From NCBI GenBank assembly GCA_022774755.1, contig JALFLK010000005.1, positions 11,733-75,732 on the forward strand: DNA of 64,000 nt, read 5' to 3'. Position 1 is the stretch's first letter, and every line of letters begins with the position of its first letter. The DNA is from a bacterium (GTDB lineage: Bacteria > Bacillota > Clostridia > Oscillospirales > Acutalibacteraceae). The notes beneath the pieces are model-generated. The model was not told the origin of the DNA. It worked only from the letters and a program-made list of their open reading frames with translations, and ran no database searches. Positions 19,850-29,242 of the stretch are shown piece by piece. The position numbers and the translations under genes are program-made.

Positions 19850-20413
19850 TTACATTTGCCCTGTCAATTCCGTCAAAACCCTGTATAATGCAACATTACT
19901 TGCTCTTTCTCGGACTTTGTCCCTGCCGGCAGAGCCGTTTTTGTCCAAAAAGGCTTTAACTGCATATTTTTTGCCCTCTGTATATATGCCTATATACACA
20001 AGTCCCACGGGTTTTTCGGCTGTTCCGCCGTCGGGTCCTGCTATGCCGGTGGTGGAAACGCCTATATCCGCCCCGGAAATTTTCGCCGCACCCTGAGCCA
20101 TTTCAACAGCGCACTGCGCCGAAACTGCGCCGTACTTCTTCAAGGTTTCCTCCTTTACTCCCAAAATATTCATCTTTATGCGATTTGCATAAGAGCATAC
20201 TCCGCAGTCAAAAACCGCCGACGCTCCGGGAACATCGGTTATCCTCTTGGAAATCAGTCCGCCTGTACAGCTCTCTGCCGTTGCAAGCTTTTTACCCTTG
20301 CTTATAAGAGTCTTTACAACCGTCTCCTGCAATTTTTCGGGCTTTATGCCTTTTTCTTTAAACTCTTTCTTCAGAGAGTCCGCCGTACAGGTTCCGAAAA
20401 TCAGTTTTCCCAT
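19850..20413 (-). CDS. CinA C-terminal / PncC nicotinamide-nucleotide amidohydrolase
   Basis: AESCTGG, TTGIAGP.GG...KPVGLV. Confidence 0.9.
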   Translation of the reverse strand: MGKLIFGTCTADSLKKEFKEKGIKPEKLQETVVKTLISKGKKLATAESCTGGLISKRITDVPGASAVFDCGVCSYANRIKMNILGVKEETLKKYGAVSAQCAVEMAQGAAKISGADIGVSTTGIAGPDGGTAEKPVGLVYIGIYTEGKKYAVKAFLDKNGSAGRDKVRERASNVALYRVLTELTGQM

Positions 20414-20567
20414 ATTTTCCTCCCGTATTATATAATGGAAATTTTGACAATAAATTCATCAATAAATATTTTATCATTACCCCTTGCTTATTGCAATAAT
20501 TATAATTGTTTGATATATTAAAATATACAATATGCAAATATGCAAAAACTTGAAAGGCGGCGTCGGT

Positions 20568-21293
20568 ATGGCTTGGTTTTTTACCGAAGAAAATATTACC
20601 TCAAATCAATATGTTATAAGCGGAGAGGACGCAAAACACATCGAAAAAAGCCTGCGTATGAAAAAAGGCGAAGAGCTTACCCTATGCACTCCCGACCAAA
20701 GCCAGTGCCTTTGTGAAATAGCAGATATATCTCCAAACAGCGTTGTTGTTAATATTAAAGATAAATTTCCCTGCAAAAACGAGCCGTGTACAAGGATAAC
20801 TCTTTATCAGGCTTTGCCGAAAGGGGACAAAATGGACTATATTGTCCAAAAATGCGTTGAACTGGGCGTGAGCGAAATCGTACCCGTAATTTCCGCACGG
20901 TGTATTTCACGCCCTGACGAAAAATCCCTGAAGAAAAAAACCGCAAGATGGCAGAAAATTGCCTTGCAGGCGGCTATGCAGTCCAGACGGGGGATTATTC
21001 CAAAGGTGAGAGAAGCTCTGAGCTTTTCAAAGGCGGTAAACTGCGCCGACCACAGCCTCAACATCATATTCTATGAATGCGGCGGCGACAGCGTAAGGGA
21101 AATTATTACATCTGTTCCCGATTCCGTCGGAATGTTCATCGGCAGTGAGGGCGGTTTTGAGCAATCCGAGGTGCAGGCAGTTTTGGACAAGGGCGGAAAA
21201 TGCGCTACATTGGGCAGGCGGATTCTCCGTGCCGAAACAGCTCCCCTTGCGGCGCTTTCAATAATAATGTATCAAACAGGTAATTTTGATTAA
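20568..21293 (+). CDS. rsmE: 16S rRNA m3U1498 methyltransferase
   Basis: KHI..SLR, KMDYIVQK.VELGV, IGSEGG, LGRRILRAETA. Confidence 0.95.
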   Translation: MAWFFTEENITSNQYVISGEDAKHIEKSLRMKKGEELTLCTPDQSQCLCEIADISPNSVVVNIKDKFPCKNEPCTRITLYQALPKGDKMDYIVQKCVELGVSEIVPVISARCISRPDEKSLKKKTARWQKIALQAAMQSRRGIIPKVREALSFSKAVNCADHSLNIIFYECGGDSVREIITSVPDSVGMFIGSEGGFEQSEVQAVLDKGGKCATLGRRILRAETAPLAALSIIMYQTGNFD

Positions 21294-21306
21294 AGGTGGA
21301 ATGATT

Positions 21307-22008
21307 ATGATAGGAATAATTTGCGCTTTAAAAATCGAGGTTGAGGGAATACATAATATGATGAGCAATCCTCAAACTACACATTATGCAAGAATGTCCT
21401 TTATTAGAGGAACTATTAAGGGTAAGGAGGTTGTTGCCGTTGAATGTGGTATCGGCAAGGTAAACGCCGCTGTCTGCGCCCAGGCGATGATAGATTTATT
21501 TAAGCCCGATTTAATAATCAACAGCGGTATTGCAGGCTCTTTAAGCGAGGATTTATCAATCGGCGATATAGTCGTTGCAAAGGATGTTGTTCAGCACGAT
21601 ATGGACGGCACGGAAATGGGCGACCCTCCGGGAGAAATCTGGTTTAACGACGAAAAGCGAATTGAAATCCCTGCCGACTCAAGGGTAAGCAAAGCTCTTG
21701 AAAACGCCTGCCTTAAGCTTGAAAACACTAAGACTCTTGTGGGCAGAATTGCCACGGGCGATGCCTTTGTAGCCTCTGTTGACAGGCGCCTTGCCATCGC
21801 AGATAAATTTAACGCCGACGCCTGCGAGATGGAGGGCGGAGCTATCGGTCAGGTATGTTACCGAAACGGCGTTCCCTTTGCAATCCTGCGCAGTATATCC
21901 GACGACATAAATCAGAACGAATTTATGGACTTTGAAAAATTCCGTAAGCTTGCAAGCGAAAAATCAATTCGGGCAATTTCTTATTTTATTGAAGATTTTG
22001 ACTGCTGA
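21307..22008 (+). CDS. mtnN: 5'-methylthioadenosine/S-adenosylhomocysteine nucleosidase
   Basis: GIGKVNAA, NSGIAGS, EMEGGA, RSISD. Confidence 0.93.
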   Translation: MIGIICALKIEVEGIHNMMSNPQTTHYARMSFIRGTIKGKEVVAVECGIGKVNAAVCAQAMIDLFKPDLIINSGIAGSLSEDLSIGDIVVAKDVVQHDMDGTEMGDPPGEIWFNDEKRIEIPADSRVSKALENACLKLENTKTLVGRIATGDAFVASVDRRLAIADKFNADACEMEGGAIGQVCYRNGVPFAILRSISDDINQNEFMDFEKFRKLASEKSIRAISYFIEDFDC

Positions 22009-23470
22009 AAAATTCGGAAAACTCCATACCTCTGTTAAACTCAAGGTGCTTTATTATAAAGCGCCTTTTATTTTCGCCGTAAACATAAATTGCCGTACTG
22101 CACAGTCCGCTGTGCCTTTGGGGCAGGCTTTGGCTTATGCGGACGCATCGGATTTTATCGGCAGGAACAACCGTTACGGTGTAGGTAAGCCTTTTAAAGT
22201 AAGAAACAACCGCCTTTTCTCCGTCAAAATAAAGAAACGCCCTTTTAAAGGCAAAAATCCTCGTAAAATACAACGCCGAAAATACAATCAGCAAAAATGC
22301 CGTCAGCGGATACAGGGGTATGGGCTCAAAGGGCAAAAGCTCTCCCAATGCCGAGAGCAAGCCTATTATTCCTATTAAAGCAACGGGAAAATATAAATAT
22401 GCCCGTCTGCCTCTTTTGGGCGGTTGGGCGTAAAAACCGTTTTCGCAGTACTTATAATTTTTCTTTTCCCCTATTCCCTGCAAAAGTTGTTTTTCGGTTG
22501 CCGGCACCAAGACTCTCTTTCCTCTATGCTCCAACCCCTGTCCGCTTACAAAAAAGCCCACGCTCCACATTGAAAAAAGCCTCATCAGCAGGCTTTGGCG
22601 AAGCTGATATGCTCCTATTTTACTGACTGAGGCGATAAAGACGGTTTTATAAATCCAGCCTCGGACAATAACAAGGTACTTTAAGCTCCGTGACAGAAAA
22701 AATCGAAATCCGCCGTAGTTGATTACGGTCAGCACAAAAGAGACCGCAAGCCCTGCAAGCAAAAATCCCGCCAATGAGGAAAGCTCAGGCGGTAAGCCCG
22801 TTTGCCGAATATAGGGCGAAAGGTCAACGCTTTTATACACAAGCTCACTGTAATACTTCCCGAAAAGCTGACCTGTTTTGCTTAAAAACGGCACAAAAAA
22901 CACAAGCCCTGCAAAGGCGTTTGAGCCCGACACCGCCATAATAATAATTTTTATAATATCAGCTTTGTATTCGTGGGCAGATGTTCCTCTCAACTTGGAC
23001 ACAAAGACTTTGCCGTTTTTTCTGCCTGTAAAAAACACAAACCGACCTTTTCTTCCCTGCGCCCCTAAATTTAAAGTTACCCTGCATTTTTTCAGAAAAG
23101 CCGAAAAGGGACTGACGCCTATTATTACGGACTCTGCTCCGGTCACCGGCACTTTCGACCTTTTCTTGAAAAACACGCCTTTCTTTATCAAAAGGCTGCG
23201 GGCTGTTTTTGGGGAAGGTAATTTCTCCGGGGAGTTTTTCTTTTTATATGTGTGGGAAATCAAAATCAGCTCTTTGCTTTTTACCTGTAAAATTCCGAAA
23301 AACAGAATCGCCGACGCAAGCAGAATATTAAACCCGTAGGCGACCACGATTTCTATAACACTTTCAGGCGCAACAATCAACGAGGGCAAAACAGTAATAA
23401 AAGCAAGGGGCAGGTATCCTCTTATGATATAAAAAGCCTCAAAGTAACTGCACCTAATCCTTTGCTTCAA
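21986..23470 (-). CDS. Membrane protein with bacterial PH (bPH_2) domains, YdbT-like
   Basis: TM pairs followed by PH-like segments (KI..V.I.QS..QR..GL); paired with upstream short partner. Confidence 0.65.
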   Translation of the reverse strand: MKQRIRCSYFEAFYIIRGYLPLAFITVLPSLIVAPESVIEIVVAYGFNILLASAILFFGILQVKSKELILISHTYKKKNSPEKLPSPKTARSLLIKKGVFFKKRSKVPVTGAESVIIGVSPFSAFLKKCRVTLNLGAQGRKGRFVFFTGRKNGKVFVSKLRGTSAHEYKADIIKIIIMAVSGSNAFAGLVFFVPFLSKTGQLFGKYYSELVYKSVDLSPYIRQTGLPPELSSLAGFLLAGLAVSFVLTVINYGGFRFFLSRSLKYLVIVRGWIYKTVFIASVSKIGAYQLRQSLLMRLFSMWSVGFFVSGQGLEHRGKRVLVPATEKQLLQGIGEKKNYKYCENGFYAQPPKRGRRAYLYFPVALIGIIGLLSALGELLPFEPIPLYPLTAFLLIVFSALYFTRIFAFKRAFLYFDGEKAVVSYFKRLTYTVTVVPADKIRCVRISQSLPQRHSGLCSTAIYVYGENKRRFIIKHLEFNRGMEFSEFFSSQNLQ

Positions 23471-23921
23471 CTTTTCCTCCTAAAGACTTAACCCGTCCGA
23501 AATATTGCCTTATTCTTTCCGCTTCCGTGTATTCTATCTGAGAAATTAAAATTCTCCCTGCGCCGGGGCAGACTATCCCTGCGGTGCAAAGAGAATATCG
23601 CCTTTGCAGAGGGTTTTCAAATATGTCAACATACATAACGCTGTTTAACGGAACAGTATAGCAAAGGGTAAATAAAAAACCCTTTTTCACCTTTATTCTC
23701 TGACAGTTTAAGCTGTATCGGTAATTTTCATAGTATTTTTTTGCAAAATAAAAGTAAGAAACGCAAAACACGCCGAATAACGCAAGCTCTGCCCACACTC
23801 CGTAAACGCCCCTTAAAAAGCCTGTAAAAACTGCTGTTACTGCAATCAAAGAACAGCCTGCAAAAATAATAACAAGATATGCCCTGAACACTTTCAGAGC
23901 GTTTTTCGGCAAATGCTCCAA
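23454..23921 (-). CDS. bPH_2 domain membrane protein, YdbS-like
   Basis: Two TM helices then YRY....IKVKKG.L, ENPLQRRY. Confidence 0.7.
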   Translation of the reverse strand: MEHLPKNALKVFRAYLVIIFAGCSLIAVTAVFTGFLRGVYGVWAELALFGVFCVSYFYFAKKYYENYRYSLNCQRIKVKKGFLFTLCYTVPLNSVMYVDIFENPLQRRYSLCTAGIVCPGAGRILISQIEYTEAERIRQYFGRVKSLGGKVEAKD

Positions 23922-23982
23922 GCTATCGCTTCCCTTCGGATTTACGGGGCAAAAATAAGCCTATGTACCCACAATTCAAGTA

Positions 23983-24011
23983 TTGACAACGGTATGGATA
24001 TTATGTAAAAT
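23983..24011 (+). promoter_or_regulatory. Sigma-A promoter for ilvB leader
   Basis: TTGACA-17 nt-TAAAAT. Confidence 0.75.
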
Positions 24012-24027
24012 ATTCTTAATATAAAGA

Positions 24028-24286
24028 TAAAAAGCGATGATCGGGACAAATCCCCGGGCAGGTTTCTTAAAGAGAGTCGGCGTTTGGTGCAAGCCGTCAG
24101 AAAGACCCGAGGGGTATCACCCGCAGCAAAACCGTCTAAAGCTGCCGCCGTTAAACGGTTTCGGGCGTTCTCCGTTACAGGGACAAATCGGCGACGCCGG
24201 TTTATGAGGTTTTCTTTAGAAAACGAAAAAGAGTGGTACCACGGAGTTTACGCTTCGTCTCTTAATTGAGACGAGGTTTTATTTTT
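24028..24286 (+). ncRNA. T-box riboswitch, probable Ile specifier (ATC at 24116-24118)
   Basis: AGAGA and GGTGCAA stem I boxes, GAGTGGTACCACGG T-box at 24231-24244, terminator CTTCGTCTC/GAGACGAGG plus T tract. Confidence 0.9.
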
Positions 24287-24298
24287 ACTTTATTTTAG

Positions 24299-24367
24299 GG
24301 AATTTCTGAATAAATCACGAAAAAAGCCGACGGAGCAATATGAGCAGGCGATTTACTCAGCGGTTTT
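24299..24367 (-). mobile_element. Internally deleted, inverted copy of MITE-like repeat
   Basis: TTAG-GGAATTTCTGAATAAATCACG joined to AAAAAAGCCGACGGAGCAATATG..CGATTTACTCAG; matches reverse complement of both ends of the 56123 copy. Confidence 0.65.
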
Positions 24368-24405
24368 TCATATTATTTATTATTTGCATAAAGGAATGGT
24401 AACAG

Positions 24406-26070
24406 ATGGAATTAAAAGGCGCAGAAATCATTTGTGAATGTCTTTTGGAGCAGGGAGTTGACACGGTATTCGGCTACCCCGGAGGTGCGGCGCTGAACAC
24501 CTATGACGCACTGTATAAGTACAGCGACAGAATCAACCACATTCTTACTGCTCACGAGCAAGGTGCGTCTCACGCAGCTGACGGATACGCAAGGGCAACA
24601 GGCAAAACAGGCGTTGTTATTACTACCTCAGGCCCCGGCGCAACAAATATTGTCACGGGACTTGCCACCGCACACATTGACAGTATCCCCCTTGTTGCCA
24701 TTACAGGCAATGTAAACACCGACCAGCTGGGCAGGGACTCCTTTCAGGAGGTTGACATTGTTGATATCGTAAAGCCTGTTACCAAGGCAAGCTTTCTTGT
24801 AAAAAGCATTGACGCCCTTGCCGATACAATCCGCAGGGCTTTTACCATTGCAAATGAGGGCAGAAAAGGTCCTGTGCTTGTCGATGTTCCAAAGGATATA
24901 ACGGCGCAGACTTACAGCTATGAGCCTGTTAAGCCTGAGGGCAGACAAACCGTTCCGGTAAAAAACAAAGAATCGGTTGCAGAGGCTCTGGAGCTTATTA
25001 AGCACGCAGAAAGACCGATTATTTACGCAGGCGGCGGAATCATCAGCAGCGATACTTCGGAGAAATTCAGAAAATTTGCAGAGCTTGCAGACGCTCCCGT
25101 TTGCTGTTCCCTTATGGGGCTTGGCTGTATTCCTGCCGACCACAGACTGAATATGGGCAATATCGGTATGCACGGCGGATACGGAACAGGCGTTGCAACC
25201 TCACAATGCGATTTAATAATTGCCTGCGGTGCAAGATTCTCCGACCGTGTTGCAGGCGACAGGGAAAAATTCGGAAGTCAGGCAAAAATTATTCAGCTTG
25301 ATATTGATGAAAATGAAATCAATAAAAATGTAAAAGTTTACAATTACATTTTGGGAGATATGGAGAGCATACTGGATGCACTGTGCGAAGATTTGCCTCA
25401 GCAAAGCCACAGCGATTGGGTCAACAAACTCAATCAGCTGAAAGAAGAATCAGAGGTCAAATCCCAATATCCTCAATTTGCAAGCCCAAAACAGGTTATT
25501 GATAAGGTAAACAGTCTTAAATCAGGTGACGATGTTTTTGTTACCGATGTAGGTCAGCATCAGATGTGGATTGCGCAGTACGCCGATGTTATGTGCCCCA
25601 GAACCCTGCTGACCTCAGGCGGAATGGGTACTATGGGCTTTGGTATGGGTGCCGCAATCGGTGCCCAGACGGCTTTCCCCGATAAAAAGGTTATTCTCTT
25701 TACAGGCGACGGAAGCTTTCATATGAACTTTAACGAGCTTGTAACTTTGAAAAGCTACAACCTGCCAATCATTGTAATCGTGATGAACAACACCGTACTG
25801 GGTATGGTAAGGCAATGGCAGAAGCTGTTTTACGGCAAGCGTTTTTCTCAGACCGACCCCAAGCGTGCAACGGACTTTATCGCCCTTGCGTCAGCCTTTG
25901 GAATCAAGGGTATGAGCATTAACAGCGCAGAAGAGGTTGACGCTGTGCTCGAAAAGGCTTTTGCTTTAAACGAGCCGGTTGTAATCGACTGCAAAATCAG
26001 CCCTGATGAAAATGTACTGCCTATGATTCCTCCGGGAAAAACTGTTGATGATATAATTGTTGATATGTAA
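24406..26070 (+). CDS. ilvB: Acetolactate synthase large subunit
   Basis: FGYPGGA, HEQGA.H.ADGYAR, TSGPGATN, GDGSF.MN ThDP motif. Confidence 0.96.
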   Translation: MELKGAEIICECLLEQGVDTVFGYPGGAALNTYDALYKYSDRINHILTAHEQGASHAADGYARATGKTGVVITTSGPGATNIVTGLATAHIDSIPLVAITGNVNTDQLGRDSFQEVDIVDIVKPVTKASFLVKSIDALADTIRRAFTIANEGRKGPVLVDVPKDITAQTYSYEPVKPEGRQTVPVKNKESVAEALELIKHAERPIIYAGGGIISSDTSEKFRKFAELADAPVCCSLMGLGCIPADHRLNMGNIGMHGGYGTGVATSQCDLIIACGARFSDRVAGDREKFGSQAKIIQLDIDENEINKNVKVYNYILGDMESILDALCEDLPQQSHSDWVNKLNQLKEESEVKSQYPQFASPKQVIDKVNSLKSGDDVFVTDVGQHQMWIAQYADVMCPRTLLTSGGMGTMGFGMGAAIGAQTAFPDKKVILFTGDGSFHMNFNELVTLKSYNLPIIVIVMNNTVLGMVRQWQKLFYGKRFSQTDPKRATDFIALASAFGIKGMSINSAEEVDAVLEKAFALNEPVVIDCKISPDENVLPMIPPGKTVDDIIVDM

Positions 26071-26133
26071 AATTTTATTCTGCAATAAATCATTGATAAC
26101 ATACATTGATTTATGAAAAACCAATAAAGCAGT

Positions 26134-26202
26134 AAAAGCCCCGCAGGACTTTGCCAAACGGACACAATCATGATCCGTCAAAGGTAAACTCCTGCGGGGT
26201 TT
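26134..26202. terminator. Long bidirectional hairpin between convergent genes
   Basis: CCCCGCAGGA/TCCTGCGGGG outer stem with inner CTTTG/CAAAG and ACGGA/TCCGT stems. Confidence 0.65.
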
Positions 26203-26263
26203 GATTTTGATATTAAAACAATATTTTATTTAATTGTACTCATAATAAAAGATAAACGGCAAT

Positions 26264-27442
26264 TTATGAAAGAACATAAATATTTACATTTCTTCTGCCG
26301 AAATTTACGCATTGGTCGTAGGTCGGGTAAAATAAATCTACTATTGCCGAACCGCTCATCAATGCTCCGCCTGTGTCAACCGCCGTTGCATAACCGTAAA
26401 CATAGCTTCCGTCGGAGGCTTCAATATAAAGCCTTGTTCCGTAGGGAATAATGTTGGGGTTTACTGCAACTCCGCCCTGGTATGCAGGCACTCCTGTTGC
26501 GGTGCAGGCGCCCGGTGCGGCTGTGTATGCAGTACCTGAGCCTGTAATAATTCTGCTGTAAGAAACGGTGTTTCCGTTTTCGTCAACAAATGTGCTTCCT
26601 CCCGATGAGCTTAAACCTTCAAAGCCTGCGGTCTGTGCGGTTTCGGGCTGACCCTCAAGGACAACCTTGTCAACAGGCTCCTTTGTAACATTTTCGGATA
26701 CAATCTGTGTGTCAGATTCCTTGCCGTCAACATATCTTACTCTTTTTGTAATCTCTTTTAAACCGTTTTCGCCGTCGGTTTCAACACGGGTTTCACCCTC
26801 GTCAAGGTCGGAATCAATCTTAGTCACGGTGTCAAAGGGAATTTCCTCTGACTCTGTTACCTCTTGATAGGTGACACGCTGAAGCTTGATATCTATTCCC
26901 TCGGTAATCAAGTCACCGAAGTCGTAGTTGCAGACATCTTCTCTGCCGATAGAACATCCTGTTTCTTTGATAGCCTGGGCAATATTTCCCAAAGGCGCTA
27001 CCGTCGCCCGTGTTTTTCCGTCGGCAGTTATGGTTACATTTGCGCCGTCGGAAATTTTAATAATCATATTTTCTTCCAGCGGTGTGTTCGGCGCAGGAGA
27101 CACCGCCTGCTTTGTTCCAAGGATTACCTTTGCGCTGTTGAGTGCGTCGGCAACTGTGCCTTGGGCAACATTTACTTTTTGCTTAACACCGTCGTTTACA
27201 ATAACGACATCATAGGGTTTATCGGTTTTAATATCAAGGGATCCGTTGCTGTTACCGGCTTTAGCTAAATTGTCGGACATTTCGGTATTGTCCTCAAAAA
27301 GAAGCGAGCCGTCGTTTGCCTTAGCTTCGTTCTGTCCTGCAGAGACTGCGGTAACAGAAAAAACTGATGTTACTACCAATGCCAAACACAAGGCGATTAC
27401 AAATAGTAATATCAGGCGCTTTTGGCTGAATTTTTTTAACAT
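26264..27442 (-). CDS. YabE/Sps-like secreted protein: DUF348 + G5 + 3D domain (putative lytic transglycosylase)
   Basis: N-terminal TM/signal, DUF348-like repeats, G5 (GENGLK...), 3D motifs TAY, AVNP.IIPYGT, AVDTGG, VDLF. Confidence 0.88.
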   Translation of the reverse strand: MLKKFSQKRLILLFVIALCLALVVTSVFSVTAVSAGQNEAKANDGSLLFEDNTEMSDNLAKAGNSNGSLDIKTDKPYDVVIVNDGVKQKVNVAQGTVADALNSAKVILGTKQAVSPAPNTPLEENMIIKISDGANVTITADGKTRATVAPLGNIAQAIKETGCSIGREDVCNYDFGDLITEGIDIKLQRVTYQEVTESEEIPFDTVTKIDSDLDEGETRVETDGENGLKEITKRVRYVDGKESDTQIVSENVTKEPVDKVVLEGQPETAQTAGFEGLSSSGGSTFVDENGNTVSYSRIITGSGTAYTAAPGACTATGVPAYQGGVAVNPNIIPYGTRLYIEASDGSYVYGYATAVDTGGALMSGSAIVDLFYPTYDQCVNFGRRNVNIYVLS

Positions 27443-27503
27443 AAATAAATCTCCTTTGCGACAAACTTCAAGTTTTTTACGGGGCTTTTGTTTGTCTTGT
27501 GGA

Positions 27504-27532
27504 ATTATAGACTTGCTTTTGTGAAATGTCAA
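27504..27532 (-). promoter_or_regulatory. Consensus sigma-A promoter
   Basis: TTGACA-17 nt-TATAAT. Confidence 0.8.
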
Positions 27533-27680
27533 ATGTAAAGAATTCAACTTTTTGTGCAAATTTTACATTATTTTTCTCTCATATTCTCCCCTGACCTAAG
27601 TATAATTCTTTGCGAGAATTATACTCTTTGTTTTATAGGTAAGAATGACGAATTTGCAAGTCACCGATTTGTTACTTGTT

Positions 27681-27697
27681 TGTAACAAATTTGTAAT
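27681..27697 (+). promoter_or_regulatory. WalR (YycF)-like binding box
   Basis: TGTAAC-N5-TGTAAT; third half-site at 11-bp period; just upstream of a second putative -35 (27654-27659). Confidence 0.5.
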
Positions 27698-27973
27698 ATA
27701 TTATGTATATGCTTATCCAAATATTACCTCAAACGCCCATTACGCCTGATTTTTAATTTTTTCGCTTTTTGTAAGATGTTGTTATTTGCTGTAACTATTT
27801 CATTTATTTGCGGTATTTTATTATAATTATTTTTCTTATATATGTTTAATTTTTTCTTTAAAACAAGATGACAGACAACCCATACCAATATATTTTTGCA
27901 AAAAAATGAGCGATGGAAAATCCAACGCTCATTTTAAAAATCTTTTCTGTTTTGCGCTTAAAAGCAATTACAA

Positions 27974-29149
27974 TCAATAGTTTTCAGCCTTAACCTGGAA
28001 ATAGCTTTGAGGATGCGCGCAGACAGGGCATACCTCGGGAGCTTTTTTGCCCACTACAATATGACCGCAGTTAATGCACTGCCAGATAACGTCGCCGTCT
28101 TTTGAGAACACAACGCCGTCCTTAACATTCTTAAGCAAAGCCTTGTAGCGCTCTTCGTGCTCTTTCTCAATTTTTGCTACGCCCTCGAACAAATCTGCAA
28201 TTTCGTTAAAGCCCTCCTCACGGGCTTCCTTTGCAAATGTAGGGTACATATCTGTCCACTCGTAATTCTCGCCGTTTGCTGCATCCTGAAGATTCTCTGC
28301 GGTGTCTTTGATTCCGCCGTTTAAAAGCTTAAACCAAATCTTTGCATGCTCTTTTTCGTTATTTGCAGTCTCTTCAAAAAGCTGAGCAATCTGAACATAT
28401 CCGTCCTTTTTAGCCTTGCTTGCATAGTAGGTGTACTTGTTCCTTGCCTGTGACTCGCCTGCAAAAGCAGCCTGCAAATTAGCCTCTGTTTTACTTCCTT
28501 TTAAATCCATAGTAATCTCTCCTTTTTCATTGGTATCGGGTATTATTTTTTCAAAATCTGCTGCGCCGTGCTTGCAAAGAGGGCAAACAAAGTCGTCGGG
28601 CAGATTTTCTCCTTCATAAATATATCCGCAGATTTTACAAACCCATTTAACCTTTGCGGAAGCCTGAACCTTCGGCTTAGGCTTAATGTTTTTATGATAA
28701 TAATCATAGGTCAGCGACTTTTCGTCCGACAAAACCTTGGCGTCGGTTACATCGGCAACAAAGGTTGTGTGAGTTCCGTTATCATAGGTTTCAATAACGC
28801 TTCCGCTGATATACGCATTGGAATAATTCGGATAGAAGCAAACGCCGTTTTCGCCGTAAGATGTTGAACGCTTGTCAACAAACTTTTCGTAATCCTTTCC
28901 GCTGTGGAAACCGAAATGCTCAAATACCGAAAAAGGTGTACTTTCCGTAAGGCACGATACATTGAACTTGCCGGTTCTCATAATCATATCGTGTGTATAG
29001 TTGCCCTTATTAACCGTAACAGATACTCTGTTGGGCTGAGATGTAACCTGAATCAGCGTATTTATAATACAGCCGTTATCCTTATTGTTTTCACTTGCGG
29101 TTAAAACATACAAGCCGTAGCTTATGTTAAACATTGCTTTACTATCCAT
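27974..29149 (-). CDS. Flavin reductase-rubredoxin-rubrerythrin fusion protein
   Basis: ISYGLYV flavin-reductase domain; [12 protein letters not shown] rubredoxin; [20 protein letters not shown] di-iron rubrerythrin with C-terminal CINC..CPVC. Confidence 0.9.
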   Translation of the reverse strand: MDSKAMFNISYGLYVLTASENNKDNGCIINTLIQVTSQPNRVSVTVNKGNYTHDMIMRTGKFNVSCLTESTPFSVFEHFGFHSGKDYEKFVDKRSTSYGENGVCFYPNYSNAYISGSVIETYDNGTHTTFVADVTDAKVLSDEKSLTYDYYHKNIKPKPKVQASAKVKWVCKICGYIYEGENLPDDFVCPLCKHGAADFEKIIPDTNEKGEITMDLKGSKTEANLQAAFAGESQARNKYTYYASKAKKDGYVQIAQLFEETANNEKEHAKIWFKLLNGGIKDTAENLQDAANGENYEWTDMYPTFAKEAREEGFNEIADLFEGVAKIEKEHEERYKALLKNVKDGVVFSKDGDVIWQCINCGHIVVGKKAPEVCPVCAHPQSYFQVKAENY

Positions 29150-29163
29150 AAAATCACTCCATA

Positions 29164-29178
29164 TGATAATTATTACTG
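29164..29178. promoter_or_regulatory. Possible Fur/PerR box
   Basis: TGATAAT-T-ATTACTG, 7-1-7 like, next to the RBS of the rubrerythrin fusion. Confidence 0.35.
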
Positions 29179-29242
29179 ATTTATGGTATTATCTCATAAA
29201 ACATAAAATAATTCAATAGTAAAACTGTATAAATAGTTGTTA

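Noticed and set aside
27560-27650. c-di-AMP (ydaO) or c-di-GMP riboswitch upstream of the 3D protein
   Set aside because: A hairpin is present but the family consensus motifs are not.
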